This document shows, piece after piece, positions 12,922 through 25,818 of a stretch of DNA of 64,000 bases. The notes under the pieces are model-generated. The model saw only the letters and a program-made list of their open reading frames with translations, was not told where the DNA came from and did no database searches. The stretch spans positions 69,938,001 through 70,002,000 of the forward strand of contig NW_024704743.1 in NCBI RefSeq assembly GCF_018977255.1, written 5' to 3'. The position numbers were made by a program, and so were the translations under genes. Position 1 is the first letter of the stretch. Each line of letters begins with the position of its first letter. Source of the DNA: Callorhinchus milii (Eukaryota).

Positions 12922-13534
12922 AGTGGCTCTTTTCAAAGAGCCACATAGACACGATGGGCCGAATAGCCTCCTTCTGTGCTGTATAATTCTATGATTCTAT
13001 GGTACAACCGACTTCACAGGTCACCAGTTTCACAGTACAGGGCCTGCACACTTTAAAAGTCTTTTATACCAGCATGGCAATTTAAACACTTGTCTAACCT
13101 ACTCTATTCACATGAAAAGAAAACTGGAAGAACAAAGCCTGGGAGACTTTTGAAAACAGAAGTGTTTCACTGAAATTCACAGCAGGGTGTGCCCGAGACA
13201 AGTGTGTCTGCAGAGATGTTGCTGTAAACAAAACACAACGTCAACAGTGTCCTTCCTCCCTCACCCTCCACAAACCTGATTGCTCTTTCAAGTTCAGAAA
13301 TTTGAAGTTCTGGGAACAAAAGGCTACTTTCTTTGAATGATTTGTTAAGTTCAAAAGTTCAAAGAACCAGAATAGTATTTGTAGGATGCAAACTAAGCTA
13401 TGGAAATGCTTATCTGTGAGGGAGAATGACACTTCTGACAGAGAATGACAGGTCTGTAAAAAGAAAGCAAAAGGAGAGAAATGAGAGAGAGAGGTGCTTG
13501 TTCCAAAGAGAACTTGCTTTGAAAGCACATTTTG

Positions 13535-14229
13535 AAATTGGAAATCTTTGAAGGTGGCAGAACAGGTAGATAAAGCTGTTAAAAAAGCATACGGGGTACT
13601 AGGCTTTATAAATAGGGACATAGAATACAAAATCAGGAAGTTATGATGAACCTTTATAAAATACTGGTTAGGCCTCAGTTAGAGACCGTGTTCAGTTCTG
13701 GGCCCCACACTTTAGGAAGGATGTCAAGGCATTGGAGAGGGTGCAAAGGAGATTTACCAGGATGGTACCAGGAATGAGGGACTTCAGGTATCAGGAGAGG
13801 CTAGAGAAGCTAGGATTATTCTCCGTGGAGCAGAGAAGGTTAAGAGGAGACTTAATAGAAGTTTTCAAAATGATGAGGGGATTCGATAGGGTGAACAAGG
13901 AGAAACTATTTCCACTGGTGGGTGGGTCGATAACTCAAGGGCACCGATTCAAAATAGTTGTTAAAAGAAACAGAGGGGAGGTGAGGAGAAATTCTTTCAC
14001 GCAGCGAGTTGTTTGGATCTGGAATGCATTGCCTGAAAGGGTGGTGGAAGCTGATTCGATAACAGCCTTTAAGAGAGAAGTAGATAATTATTTGGGGAGG
14101 ACAAGTTTGCAGGGCTATGGGGAGAGAGCAAGGGAATGGGATTGAATTGGATAGTTCTTTTCAAAGAGCCGCCACAGACACAATGGGTTGAATGGCCTCC
14201 TTCTGTGCTGTATAATTCTATGATTCTAT
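13535..14229 (+). mobile_element. CR1 LINE 3' end
   Basis: ORF 13732..14145 ERVQRRFTRMVPGM...RRLRGDLIEVFK...FTQRVVWIWNALP; tail attctatgattctat. Confidence 0.93.
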
Positions 14230-14440
14230 AATGTGGCACTTTATTAAATGCCTTTTGAAAATCCATATAAACTACATCAACTGCACTACCTTCATCCACC
14301 CTCTCCGTTACTTCTTCAAAAAACTCTATCAGGTTTGTTTGACATGATTTGCGTTTAACAAATCCGTGTTGGCTGACCTTTATAAACCCATATTTCTCTA
14401 AGTGAAAATTTATTTTGTCCTGGATTATAGTCTCTAAAAG
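14230..14440 (-). mobile_element. CR1 RT fragment, opposite orientation
   Basis: SQHGFVKRKSCQTNLIEFFEEVT...VDVVYMDFQKAFNKVPH. Confidence 0.88.
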
Positions 14441-15244
14441 TAAATCGACATGAGAAGGAGGATTAATCAGGGGATCATTTGAGAGCTGCTTCATTCAGGG
14501 TCAGCATAAAGTTTCTTGATGATTTGTTATACATGACTGTTTCCTCTTTCTTCTTCAAGAATGCAGCACTGTACTCCACTACTGCCACAGAGCTAGGTGA
14601 AGCCAATTCCCCTGCCATATTCTGCTCTCCTGATTCCTTGGCCCAAATGATACCCATGTTAATTGGCACAGCTGAAGGAGGGTGCTTATGCTCATTTGAT
14701 AAATATAGATGCTTGTCACAGTAAGGGATGGCATTAGCATATTAGAGGGGAAGGAAGCTATTCCAATAACCATTGTGCTCACAAACATGTGGTGCTGGCA
14801 AGGTCCATGGAAAATAAAGTGGTTTCCTGAGGGAAAAATGGATATTTGCACATGTTGTTCAATCAGCAGATGTTGAGGCATATACATGCTCACTCCACAT
14901 CACAGGATAAAGGGGTCAACACTGCGATCACAATATATTGATCAGTTGCCAAATGATTCCACACTTGTTGAAGAAAAGCCTCAAGCCCACCTTCAAATCT
15001 TACAGTTGTTTTCATGACATTCAATAAAACTGCCTTGTTGTTCACAAAGATCAGTGCCCATGGTTTTGTTCTGCCTTCATGTCTCAGTGGATATGCTCTA
15101 ATAAAATCCCGTTTTAAGAATTGCTCAGCTTGTATCTGACACATGAACACTTGTATTTTCAAGGTCCGTTACAATTCTACAGCAGGAAGTTTGGATTTCA
15201 ATGAACTGACTGTCATCAAGAACTGGATTGGACAACATAGTAAA

Positions 15245-15267
15245 CCCCCCCCCCCCCCCCCCCCCCC
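15245..15267. repeat. Poly-C run (23 nt)
   Basis: Direct reading. Confidence 0.95.
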
Positions 15268-18109
15268 GCTTGCTTACCAAACTCAGGGTGTCCAGAATTA
15301 GTACCTCGCCGGACCGGAAGTTTTACAAACTGGAATTGTTACAAAAATTACCACGGCCCTGAACATGTAGACTCCCGTCAGCCAAAGAGAAACGGTAGTA
15401 TTTAAGACTTAATGCTTATACAAAAAATAAACCTTGCATTTGATATACCTTTGATATACCATTCCTAATATCTGAATGTCTTACTCTTTTTTTGAGCGTC
15501 TAAATGTCTCATTCTTTTTTTTTGAGTGCCTAAATCATATTTTTTTATTATCAAAAAGATTTTTTTGTACTATTACTACATAGTAATATTACTACATAGT
15601 TTATATAATAAGCAAGTCCCTGCAATTAAAGTGTTTTTTACCATTACATTGTATCGCCTATAACAGACAGACCTGCGATGTCTCAAGGAAGCCACAATTC
15701 CACAGATGCAAACTAATACAAGCTAACAGCCTTGTTCCAAATATCATGAAAGTATCCACCAAATGTTTCCAAATGTGAGACAGGATTACTTTACAATGTG
15801 AAGTTAAGTTGAACTACTTAAGAAACTGAATGTGCAAGTTAATTAAATTGTCCTGAGGCTACTTTGCCATGCAGAACATCTAAAGTACAACATTCAAATA
15901 ATTTAAAACTAATTTCAGCAGGGCAAACACTTGTGAAATTGCTGTAGCATCTTGGATAACCTGCACAATGAATTCTGCAGGATGACAAAAGTTATATCCA
16001 TTTTCATGGGAGTGATAGCTCTTTCCATGTTTTTACATCCCAGGTGCAAACGGTTTACTTCAGCTGTTCCGATCTTATTTGATGACACATATTCTGCCAG
16101 GTTTCAGATCTGCCATGGAAATTGATACTATAATGAAATGTAAACAAAAAGCAAATGTAAGCATTGCCAAATAAAATAAAAATTAAGACAGAATCCTAAA
16201 TCGCCCACGATTCGCCCACAAATATACGGTCAATTCACTTTATAGCATATTCTGTGAAGCGCTTTGAGATGTCTCGAAGACATGAAAAGCGCTATATCAA
16301 ATGCAAGGATTATTATTATTAAATATATAATCATGTGATATCAGGCAGTAAACCCAACATTTGCCATGTTCTTCAGGTTTGAGACCATTATCTTAAATTC
16401 TAGGATTGTGCAGAATTTTGGAAAATAGCTTTTAATTCAGTGTTAACTTAGAAGTCAATTTTCTGCAATTGATTTTCAGTACTGCAGAAGGTCGACTTTG
16501 AAATTGAGTCTTAATTTTAAGATCATTTACAAAACTTAATTTAGATTTGTGTAGGATTACACAGAACACCAGAGTATGGAAACAGACCATTGCAAAATGT
16601 TTTCATTTTGAACCTGTAATAGCCATGAGAAAGTGGAGATATTCACCCCTATGGACTGGACCAGGGTAGTAATAGACCTAATTGTAAGCGACTGGGTGGT
16701 GTAGGACTGACCGCTGTCCTTTTACATCTGAGACTAGGTTCAGTATCAGGAGGGAATGTTGGGGATGAAGAACCTTTCTGCTGGTGGTTTGGAAAATGTT
16801 GTATGTTTGAGCAGTGCCATGATAGTACCAACATTGGCACAAGACCACTGTATAAAGCTACCCATAAATTAACTCAATTATGGTGCACAGATTGTCAGTC
16901 TCACTGAGAGGTCACAAGGAGGTTGTGGTGGAAAATTAAATGTTACATGAGTGTATTCCGTGGTCCAGGATTAGAATATACAGCAAGAAGTGATCATTAT
17001 TGAGTCTTCTCACTAAACAAAAACAACGATAACTTGCATTTATATAGCGCCTTGGAGCCCTTAACATTGGCGGAGATTGACGCTGATCCAGGGAGAGAGG
17101 GGAGATGACTGTAGGTATGGTTGAAGAGGAAGCTGTTCAGGTGTGATAATAAAACATTAAGAATTGCCAATGTAGGAAACATAGAAAAACAAATATGTTT
17201 CCTCTATTAAATGTCAGTTAAAGACCAATTGAAATTCTGTTATCATTCAATTTGTCACTCACTCATCAGACCAGAGAACAGTTTGGATAATAAAAGGTAT
17301 GATGGGCATTTTTTTGTTATCTGCCAGCAAGTAATGCTGATTTAACAGATGGAGATTGATGATGACAGTTTGGGTTTTAATGCCAATTTTCTTTCTGTTT
17401 CGTCTTCATTTACTGTACTAGTATTACCAGATGGAAAATGTCCTTCAGATGAGATGTTAAACCAAGCTTCCTTTTGCCTGTTCAGGTGGAAATTAAAGAT
17501 CTCATGACAGTGTCCTGGCCAACAATTCCCCAGCTAAAATTGGTCATTCACTTCATGACTGCTTCTGGGCATGGCTGTGCACAAATTGTCTGCTACATTC
17601 GCCTAGAAAATACAGTTACTACACTTTATAGTAAATTGGGTGAAGCGTCTTGAAACCTTATTGTTTGGACCTTCTAGAGGAAGGCCTTTATATGATGTGA
17701 TTCTTCATTCCTGAGTGCAAATAATGAAAGCACAAGGGAAGGGATTAGATCATATCAGTATGGCACAAGCACAGCAGGATCACACAAAGGCCCTCTTAAC
17801 TATGCTCCAAAGTTTAATGATTCTAAGATGAGGTAAAGAAATGATGTTTTATCAAACTGGAATTAGCTTGTAATTTTAATGTCTTAACATTTAAAATGGT
17901 GCAGAATTTTGGAGCAATCTTCATTGTATTCTTAATTTGGGAATCTAGTTCTGAAAACTTTAAGAACAACTTAAGTCTGAATTTCATAATTTTTCATAAT
18001 TCTGCACCGTCTTTTAATTTTTAAGTCAAATGATCTTGCAGGCTAAGATGGGGTAACATTTTAGGCCTCTTTAATGATAATTACCACAGAATTGCAGTCA
18101 AACTAATTC

Positions 18110-18510
18110 ATAATCACCTTCAAGGCCTTTCACGGCCTTGCCCCTTCCTAATTCAGTGACCTGCTAACCCCTTATCAATTTGTCCGCTCAACAGGCTCCG
18201 GTCTGCTCCACGTCCCCCGCCCGGCCCACCCCGCCCACCTTTGGTGGTCGGGCCATCAGCCTCTCCAACCCCACCCTTTGGAACTCCATCCCCCATTCCC
18301 TTTGCCTTGCTCTCTCCCTTACCTCCTTCAAGGCATGCCTCAAGACCCTCCTCTTTGACTGCGCCTTTGGGCACCCTCCTACCCTCCCTGCCCTCCATCT
18401 TCCCTTACCCCAATCCCCCCCCTCCCCAGCTTGGATCCAAATCCCTGACTGTCCAGCATCTTGGGACGTCCTCCTGATGTGAAAGCTGCTATACAAATGT
18501 AATTTTGTAT
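18110..18510 (+). mobile_element. L2 3' fragment
   Basis: FGGRAISLSNPTLWNSIP...FKACLKTLLFDCAF and L2 tail. Confidence 0.88.
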
Positions 18511-21500
18511 TGTGTGCATTGTGTTGTAATTTCGTGAAGGAGGCACTCAAATGTGGACAGCAACTTTTCATGCACACCCATTATCCCCAAAATTCCAGCA
18601 TCTGCAGTATTTTGTGTTTTATGCCAAAATTAGGAGTGGGGAGGCTTCCACAGCTGAGGCAAGTTTATAGAATCGTAGAAATGTACAGCGCAGAAGGAGC
18701 CATCGAGTCTCTACCATCTCAGGGAAAGCTGTCCATTCAATCTTGTTGTCTCGCTCTATTTCCAAACCCCTTCAAGCCATTATCTTTCAGGTACATTCCC
18801 TCTTGAAAACCCACATTGGACTCTGCTTCTACCAGCTTGGCAGGGCACTCCAAGTCCTGTAAAAAAAAACAATGTCGTTTTCAGTGTAGGGAAGGATTTC
18901 CAAATAAACACATGCACACAACAAGAAGAATTGGTTTTAAATCTCTTTAAATCAATACTTCAGCCATTCAAAAAAAAAACATGGATATATCCCACTGTAG
19001 TAGGTTGCAGTGGGACAGGTATCGTAGGTTAAATATATCTTAAAGTTGGTTACAAACCAGATACTCCTCTCTGATGGGAATGCTGTATGATGGGCAGTTT
19101 TAAATACAATACAGTTCAGCAATTAGACTCAGTACCCAACCAGCCGTTGTAAATTGACACAAGAGTGAGTGCAGTGAAACTCATTTAATACTAAAACCTG
19201 AAACTCTCCAAAGGCAAAGAGGCACAATTCATCACACACTTCTCTCATAAAAGCTTTCACTTTTAAGAGCTACCTTGTACACCCGATACCAGCCTGAATA
19301 TAATTGTCAAGCATCCCCTTCATCTTTTCACCCTCAAATGGACTCGAGTGAGCTCTGATCACTTAGCTCTGTTTTGTGATTTAATACCAACTCCATGCAG
19401 TGCCCATTTCACATTTCCACTTCCCACTCTTCTTCCCATTCCGCTCAAGTGTAAGCTTCCCATTTTCTTGCAAGATTAAATATGTTGGCCTCTCTCCCTG
19501 TTCCCTTGAAAAAATATTTTGCTTCAAGAGAGTTCACCCCTCTTCAAGCTGAAAACTACTCATTCCCTCCTTCCAAAGAGAAAAACGTTGATAATCACCC
19601 ACTGGTTTTGACTATAAGTTTTGGTTCTGTGATAATTCTTATCACTACTAATTATCAATCCACAAGTCTCATTTTCCACACCAATATCTTCATAGCACTT
19701 GTGACAGGCTTGACAAGTCATATGGTTGAGATCTGCAACTGATTTACGAGAGAACACTGTGAGAAAATAGAAACATTCCCACCAAAATATCTGGGTTGGT
19801 CCATTGGCCATAATTTCTGAAGTTATTTATTTTCTTTACTTTAAAAAATCTCCATTTGAAAAAGCTGATGTGAAGCTGCAGCTTGCTTGAGGCATCTCCT
19901 ATTTTCTTTGACGTAAAGGTCCTATTTGTCCCCATCAGTTGCTTTGAGCAAGTGTAAGATCTCTGGAAAATCCAAACTGTGGCCAGCTTTGGCAGAATCT
20001 ACAATGTCATTATACATGTGGAGCTATAGACACATCTTTTGATCCTCCCATCTGTTCTTACTTATTTTGTTTTCTATGTAAGAAACAATAACAACAGGGC
20101 AAGAAGGACAATGTCTCACGACACTGAAGGAACAGGGTCAATAGCATGAACCATATATTCTTGTCACAATTATCCTGTTGTCTCATCACTAACCAAAACA
20201 AATGAAAACAGCTGAGACTTTCTAAATTTGTGCTGTATATTTTTCACAAAATGGGCCAGTTATCTTGAACCAACTGAACTTGTACACAAATATGCAACAT
20301 ATCTTATTGTGTGAATAGAAAACATTAACTTGACAAAATGAGCACGTGATGACAACACGTGTTTATTTGTTTGTGAAACAAGGTACCACATTGGAACTTT
20401 GAGCCATCGTGTTGGAGGTACCATTCTTCATATAAGACATCAAACCAAGGTCATAACATGATATGGCAGGATAGTGAGATTGAATGAGAGCCGGTGCAGA
20501 CTCGATGAGCCGAATGGCCTCTTTCTGTGCTATAATTTTCTATGATTCTATCAACAGCAAATTGGGGATCTAATGATATCTTGTTTCTGAACTCCAAAAT
20601 CTAAGAGAATAATAAAATATTGTAGAGGGTCTTTCAAACACTTCCTTGCATTCGTTGCTCTCTTTTCCTCTTTGCTCTGATCCTCAGAGGTAAAATTTTG
20701 TGTTCTTTTTCTTTGCGTGACTGTAATGAAAAATATAAATCGTGAAACTGAATTCAAGCTTAACAACTGAAATAACAGATGAAAAGTAGCACCTGTGATG
20801 ATATTACTGTTGACTTCTAAAGTACTCAAATGTGCTTTGCTTCCTGCTTACATTTCTACCCCTTTCAGGTTCATCCACCTTGCTTGCTTTGATTTGTTCA
20901 CACGCCAATAGCGAGCTGAGCTAGTTGAGTTGTAATGCCAGCCGCTCAAATAAAGTAAAAACTGAAAGGGTGCTTCTGATGAATATTGTATGCAAAATTG
21001 ATTTTGATTCTGCAAAATGTTGATTACATTTGTAATATTATTCCCAACCCCTACTTTGTAGATATAAAGATGTGAATTATACATTGTTATTTACATGATG
21101 TTGTGAGATTAAAGGCAGGGAATCAATAGTGTGACAGTTTGTTATGATTTATTCAGATTTCAACAGAAACTAAAAGGAATCTACTGTATATATTTTCATT
21201 ATCTTTTGAAAATAAACAGGCTATCAGGATCCTGGGAAGGTTTTGTCTGTGGACAAACATAGACCGTGGGGAGAACACATAGAGATGCAAGAGAGAAAAT
21301 TCAGCCTCAGTGGTGAATGGCCTTAAAGGGACATGCATTTCATGGCTTATGATAATTATAATAATTCCTGCATTTGATAAAGTGCATTATCACATTCTTA
21401 AAACATTGCGCAGTACTTCATAGAGCTTTGATAGTGAAGTGTAGTAACTGCATTTTGTAGGTGAATGAAGCAGCCAGTTTGTGGACAGTAGTGTCCCACA

Positions 21501-21514
21501 AACAGCCATGAATC

Positions 21515-22425
21515 ACAGAATCGTAGAATTGTACAGCACAAAAAGAGGCCATTCGGCCCATCGAGTTTGTGCCGGCTCTTTGAATAGAGCAATTAATGTC
21601 AATCCCACTCCCCAGCCTTTTCCCCATAACCCTGCAAACCCGTCCTCCTCAAATACCCGTCCACCACGTTTTTAAAAGTAGTTATCGAATCGGCCTCGGC
21701 CACCCTTTCAGGCAATGCATTCCAGATTCGAACAATTTCGCTGCGTGAAAAAAATTCTTCTCACCTCCCCTCTGCTTCTTTTAGATACTATTTTGAATCT
21801 ATGACCTTGAGTCACCAACACACCCACCAGTGGAAACAGTTTTTCCCTTTCTAACCTATCAAATCCCCTCATGATTTTGAAGACCTCTATTAGGTCTCCT
21901 CGTAACCATCTCTGCTCCAATGAGAATAATCCCAGCCTCTCTCGCCTTTCCTCATAATCAAGGCCCTCATTCCTGGTACCATCCTCGTAAATTTCCTCTG
22001 CACCCTTTCCAATGCTTTAAAATCCTTCCTATAGTGTGGTGCCCAGAACTGGGAGCAGTATTCTAACTGAGGCCTAACCAGTGTTTTATATAGGTTAATC
22101 ATAACCTCCTGACTCTTGTACTCTATGCCCCTATTTATAAAGCCTAAAATCCCATTTGCCCTTTTTACAGCCTTATCTACCTATCCTGCCACCTTCAAGG
22201 ATTCATTTAGCTGCACCTCCAGGTCTCTCTGTTCTTTTACAGTAAGATTGTATTACCAGCCTATATTGCCTCCCCTCATTCTTTCTACCAAAATGCATTA
22301 CTTCGCATTTCTCTACATTGAAACTCATCTGCCATGTGTCTGTCCATTTTACCATTCTGTCTATGTCTTCCTGCAGTTGGCTCCTATCCTTCTCACTGTT
22401 TACCACCCTACCTAACTTTGTGAAG
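21515..22425 (-). mobile_element. CR1 LINE 3' portion
   Basis: WQMSFNVEKCEVMHFGRKN, LYKTLVRPQLEYCSQFWAPHY, LRGDLIEVFKIMRG. Confidence 0.93.
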
Positions 22426-22799
22426 TGAATGATCAATTTTATCTGCAGGACTGTTGGCCAGGACACCGGGAAAAACTCATTTCACTTTCCACATTGTGCT
22501 GCAGGAGTTTTAACATCGATCTGAACAACCAGACGAGACTATGATTTAAAGTCTCATCCAAAGGATGGCATCTTTCACAATGAGTGCATCCCAACACTGC
22601 ATTAATGTCAGTTTAGACAATGATATACTTAACTATAATCATGACAAAAACAGAGGCTTATCGATTTCTGTTTTAAATAATGAAATAGTGCCATGCCTAT
22701 CATTAGATACCATTAAATTGAAAATTCTGTTTGTGTTCTTAGCTGCAAAGTATCCTTAATAGTGTTACTTATATGTTCACTTTAATTTGACTCTGTGAA

Positions 22800-23060
22800 T
22801 AATAATAATAATCTTTGCATTTGATATAGCGCTTTTCATGTCTTCTAGACGTCCCAAAGCACTTCACAGAATATTCTGTAAAGTGAATTGACTGCATATT
22901 TGTGGGCGAACGCAGCAGCCAATTGCGCACAGCAGTGTCCCACAAACAGTCGTAGATTGAAAATGACCAATTTATTATTGTTTTTTGGAGGGATTATTAT
23001 TAGGTGTGTGGAGTAAGGAAACTTGCCCAAGGTTTCGCCCTGCCTGGAATTGAACTCAGG
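22800..23060 (-). mobile_element. 5'-truncated young SINE
   Basis: Tail, core and B-box region only. Confidence 0.88.
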
Positions 23061-23434
23061 TAGTTGAGTACACAGATTAGCGTAGGTTTGACTAATGGAT
23101 GGATTTTCTAAGATACTTGTTAACATGGCTACAACATTCATTGGTGAATATTGTTTTTGTATAATATTGTAGTTAATTATGAATTTTATTTTAAAAGCAG
23201 AATTCCATTGTTCTAACAACTTTGTTAGCCACCAATGCCATTGTTTGGTCCAGTGTAGTATGATTGTGATTACCAGGCCAAGCAAATTAATGTCAGCAAC
23301 TAAAAAGAGATTTTTACTCTTATAGTATAGGGTGATGGTCTTGACCATTATTATCTTTGTTTTCTCAGAGCTGAAGATAATTCTCAGCAGCATTGCTTAT
23401 GTGGCCAAGAGCAGGTGTTAAATAGCAGCAGCAG

Positions 23435-24150
23435 CAACAACAACAACTTGCATTTATATAATGCTCTTCACCCGCTTAACAGTGGCAGAGCTGATGCCAA
23501 ATCAGGGAGAGGCAGGAGGCAACCACAGACAAGGTTGAACAGGAACATCTTCAGGTGTGATCTGAAGATGGACAAGGAGGAGGCAAGGTGGAGCGATTGA
23601 AGCAGAGAGCTCCAGAATCTTGTGGCATAGTGGTTGAAAGCACAATGGTGGAACAGAGGGGACCTGGGACGTGAAGGAGGCCGAAGCCAGCTGAGCGAAG
23701 GGGGCAGGTAGAGGGATGGGTGTAAAAAATCAGAGAGGCAGATGGTGCCAGGGAATGAAGTAATTCATGCACAAGTCTTGAAGATCTTGGAATTGATCTG
23801 TTCTGCAATCAGAAGCCAGTGGAGCCTGTCACCAACTGGGGTGGATTAGTATGGATTAGAATATAGGCAGCAGAGTTTTGAATTAATTGGATTTTATGAA
23901 TGCTGGAGCTGGGAAACTGGCAAAGGAGGCACTGGAAAACTTGAGGCAGGAGGTGACAAACGTGTCGAAAAGGGTTTCAAAAGGCATTAGGTGTGAGATA
24001 TGGTTGGACGAGTGCGATGTGGCAGAGGTGAAGGAAAGCGTGCTGGTCAGGGAGGGGCTGTGGGGTAGGAAGGACAGGTGGGCATCGAACCTGATGGCAA
24101 GGTTGCAGATAAGTTCAGTAAGTCTGAAGGATGGGCCAGGGAGGTGATGA
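23435..24150 (-). mobile_element. Old L2 fragment
   Basis: caacaacaacttgcatttatata tail and degraded ORF2 (ETLFDTFVTSCL). Confidence 0.8.
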
Positions 24151-25427
24151 ATTTTGTTATACTGTAGTGTCATGCATAGTCACTCATATGCAGTTTATTT
24201 CCTGCTGCCTAGATATCCTTGTCCCAAAGTAAATGAAAGGGAGGGAAATTGCAGGGCAACAGAAACCCTTAGGCAACCTGTGAACCATTTCCATTTGAAC
24301 TGTAGGTTCTAATAATCTATATGCTAAATGCAGCATAAAGATATCAAAGAAGTTCACTGATATAAAGCATCAATACTAATTAATGTCAATGCTCATCCTC
24401 CTAAAACTAAGTAGTGAAAATACTGTAATGGGTGCTTGTATATGCTTGGAGTGTCAGGGATCGTATGCTGTATTAGCCTTGCAGTTCTGGTGGTAATTTG
24501 TGTTTTATACTACTGTTTCTCTCACTGGAGACATTAAGCAAACATGGCAGGGTAGACGTATGTCTGTACTACATTTATAGACCCTGGCTTTCAGCGCCTT
24601 GGGATGTCCTCCCGACATGAAATGTGCGATACAAATGTCATTTTATTGTTTTTGTTGTTAAACCCATTACTCGTTACACTACTGAGGATATCATTAATCT
24701 TGGCCCTGCCGGTTTTCATTGTGAAAAGTAAAAAGAAAATACCTAGGCTGTATGCCTTTAAGAGGAGGTGTGGTGCTTTTATTTGTATACAGTATATGTA
24801 TTTCTAGAGAAAATCTGAAAAAGATGGGAGAAAGAAACGAGACTTAAGAGGATTTGAGATTTGTTCACAAATCAGTGAAGCAGAGGTTGTTTGTATGGCA
24901 TTAAGTTATTATAATGCAGTATACTGTTTTTGTTGCATGTGGTGCCTGATGAAATCCCACCTGAAAACCTACCTCCTTCCTCCCTTGCTCAGCACCCAAA
25001 GCCGCAACGTGCAGCATTCTGAAACACTCTCCTGCGTGAAGGGCACTAAAGAAATACAAGTTGTTGTGTTGTTGATGCCTTCTACAAACAACTTTATACC
25101 ATATTAATGGGCATCTTATTTGGAAGAAATCCTCAGTAAGATTCCGAGAAGTATATGTTATAACATACCAACAGGCATTACGAAATGTGAAATTGGATTA
25201 CAATGTAGCAAATTTTAGGTATTATGTAACAAGACCTCAGTTGGTTCAGGTGCTGATTTCTGTCTAGACATTTTTCTGCTTCCCTAATCCAACTTGAAGG
25301 ATGATTCTTTTGTGTTAATTTTTTACTGCTGTTAACAATTCTTTGATGAGGGATGTATCACAGCAAGTACTATAATTGCTGTCATGATTTTGTACCTGAT
25401 TACGCATCGTATTTTCCAAATGCAAAT

Positions 25428-25812
25428 GGTGTCAGCCTGGCTCAGTTATTAGCACTCTTGCCCCTGAGTCAGAAGGTTGTAGGTTCAAGGCCTACATCTC
25501 ACTTTGGGACATTTGACACTCCAATGCAGTGGTGGGGGAGATGTCGTCCTTTGAATGAGAGATTAAACCGTAGCCTTCCTGCCTATTTAGACAGTCATTA
25601 AAATCCCATGGCCTTGTTTGCAAAGAGAAGGGAGTTTCTCCAACAGTCCTTCAGATAAAATTGCTCATTCACTTCATGTCTTTTTGAATTACATTATTTT
25701 TCGCAAGTTGGCTACCCCTGTAAACACACAGTCACTTTATAGGTAATCCTGTGAAACTCTTTGAGACATTTTGACAGTGTGACAAAGTGCTATATCAAAT
25801 AGGAAGATTATT
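25428..25812 (+). mobile_element. Old Deu-type (SacSINE-like) SINE
   Basis: ggctcagttattagcactcttgcccctgagtcagaaggttgtaggttcaag head, tgacactccaatgcagtg core and L2-like tail. Confidence 0.75.
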
Positions 25813-25818
25813 ATACTA

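Noticed and set aside
13535..14440. Opposed CR1 pieces as a twin-priming inversion
   Set aside because: The inverted piece abuts the 3' tail rather than the 5' end, which fits one CR1 inserting into another better
20855..20960. Acceptor-like site (ctacccctttcag) suggesting an extra exon
   Set aside because: Early in-frame stop, no clear donor, and exons A and B already join in frame
22845..23393. 182-aa minus-strand ORF
   Set aside because: The C-terminal part is SINE sequence and the rest is AT-rich with no splice or domain support
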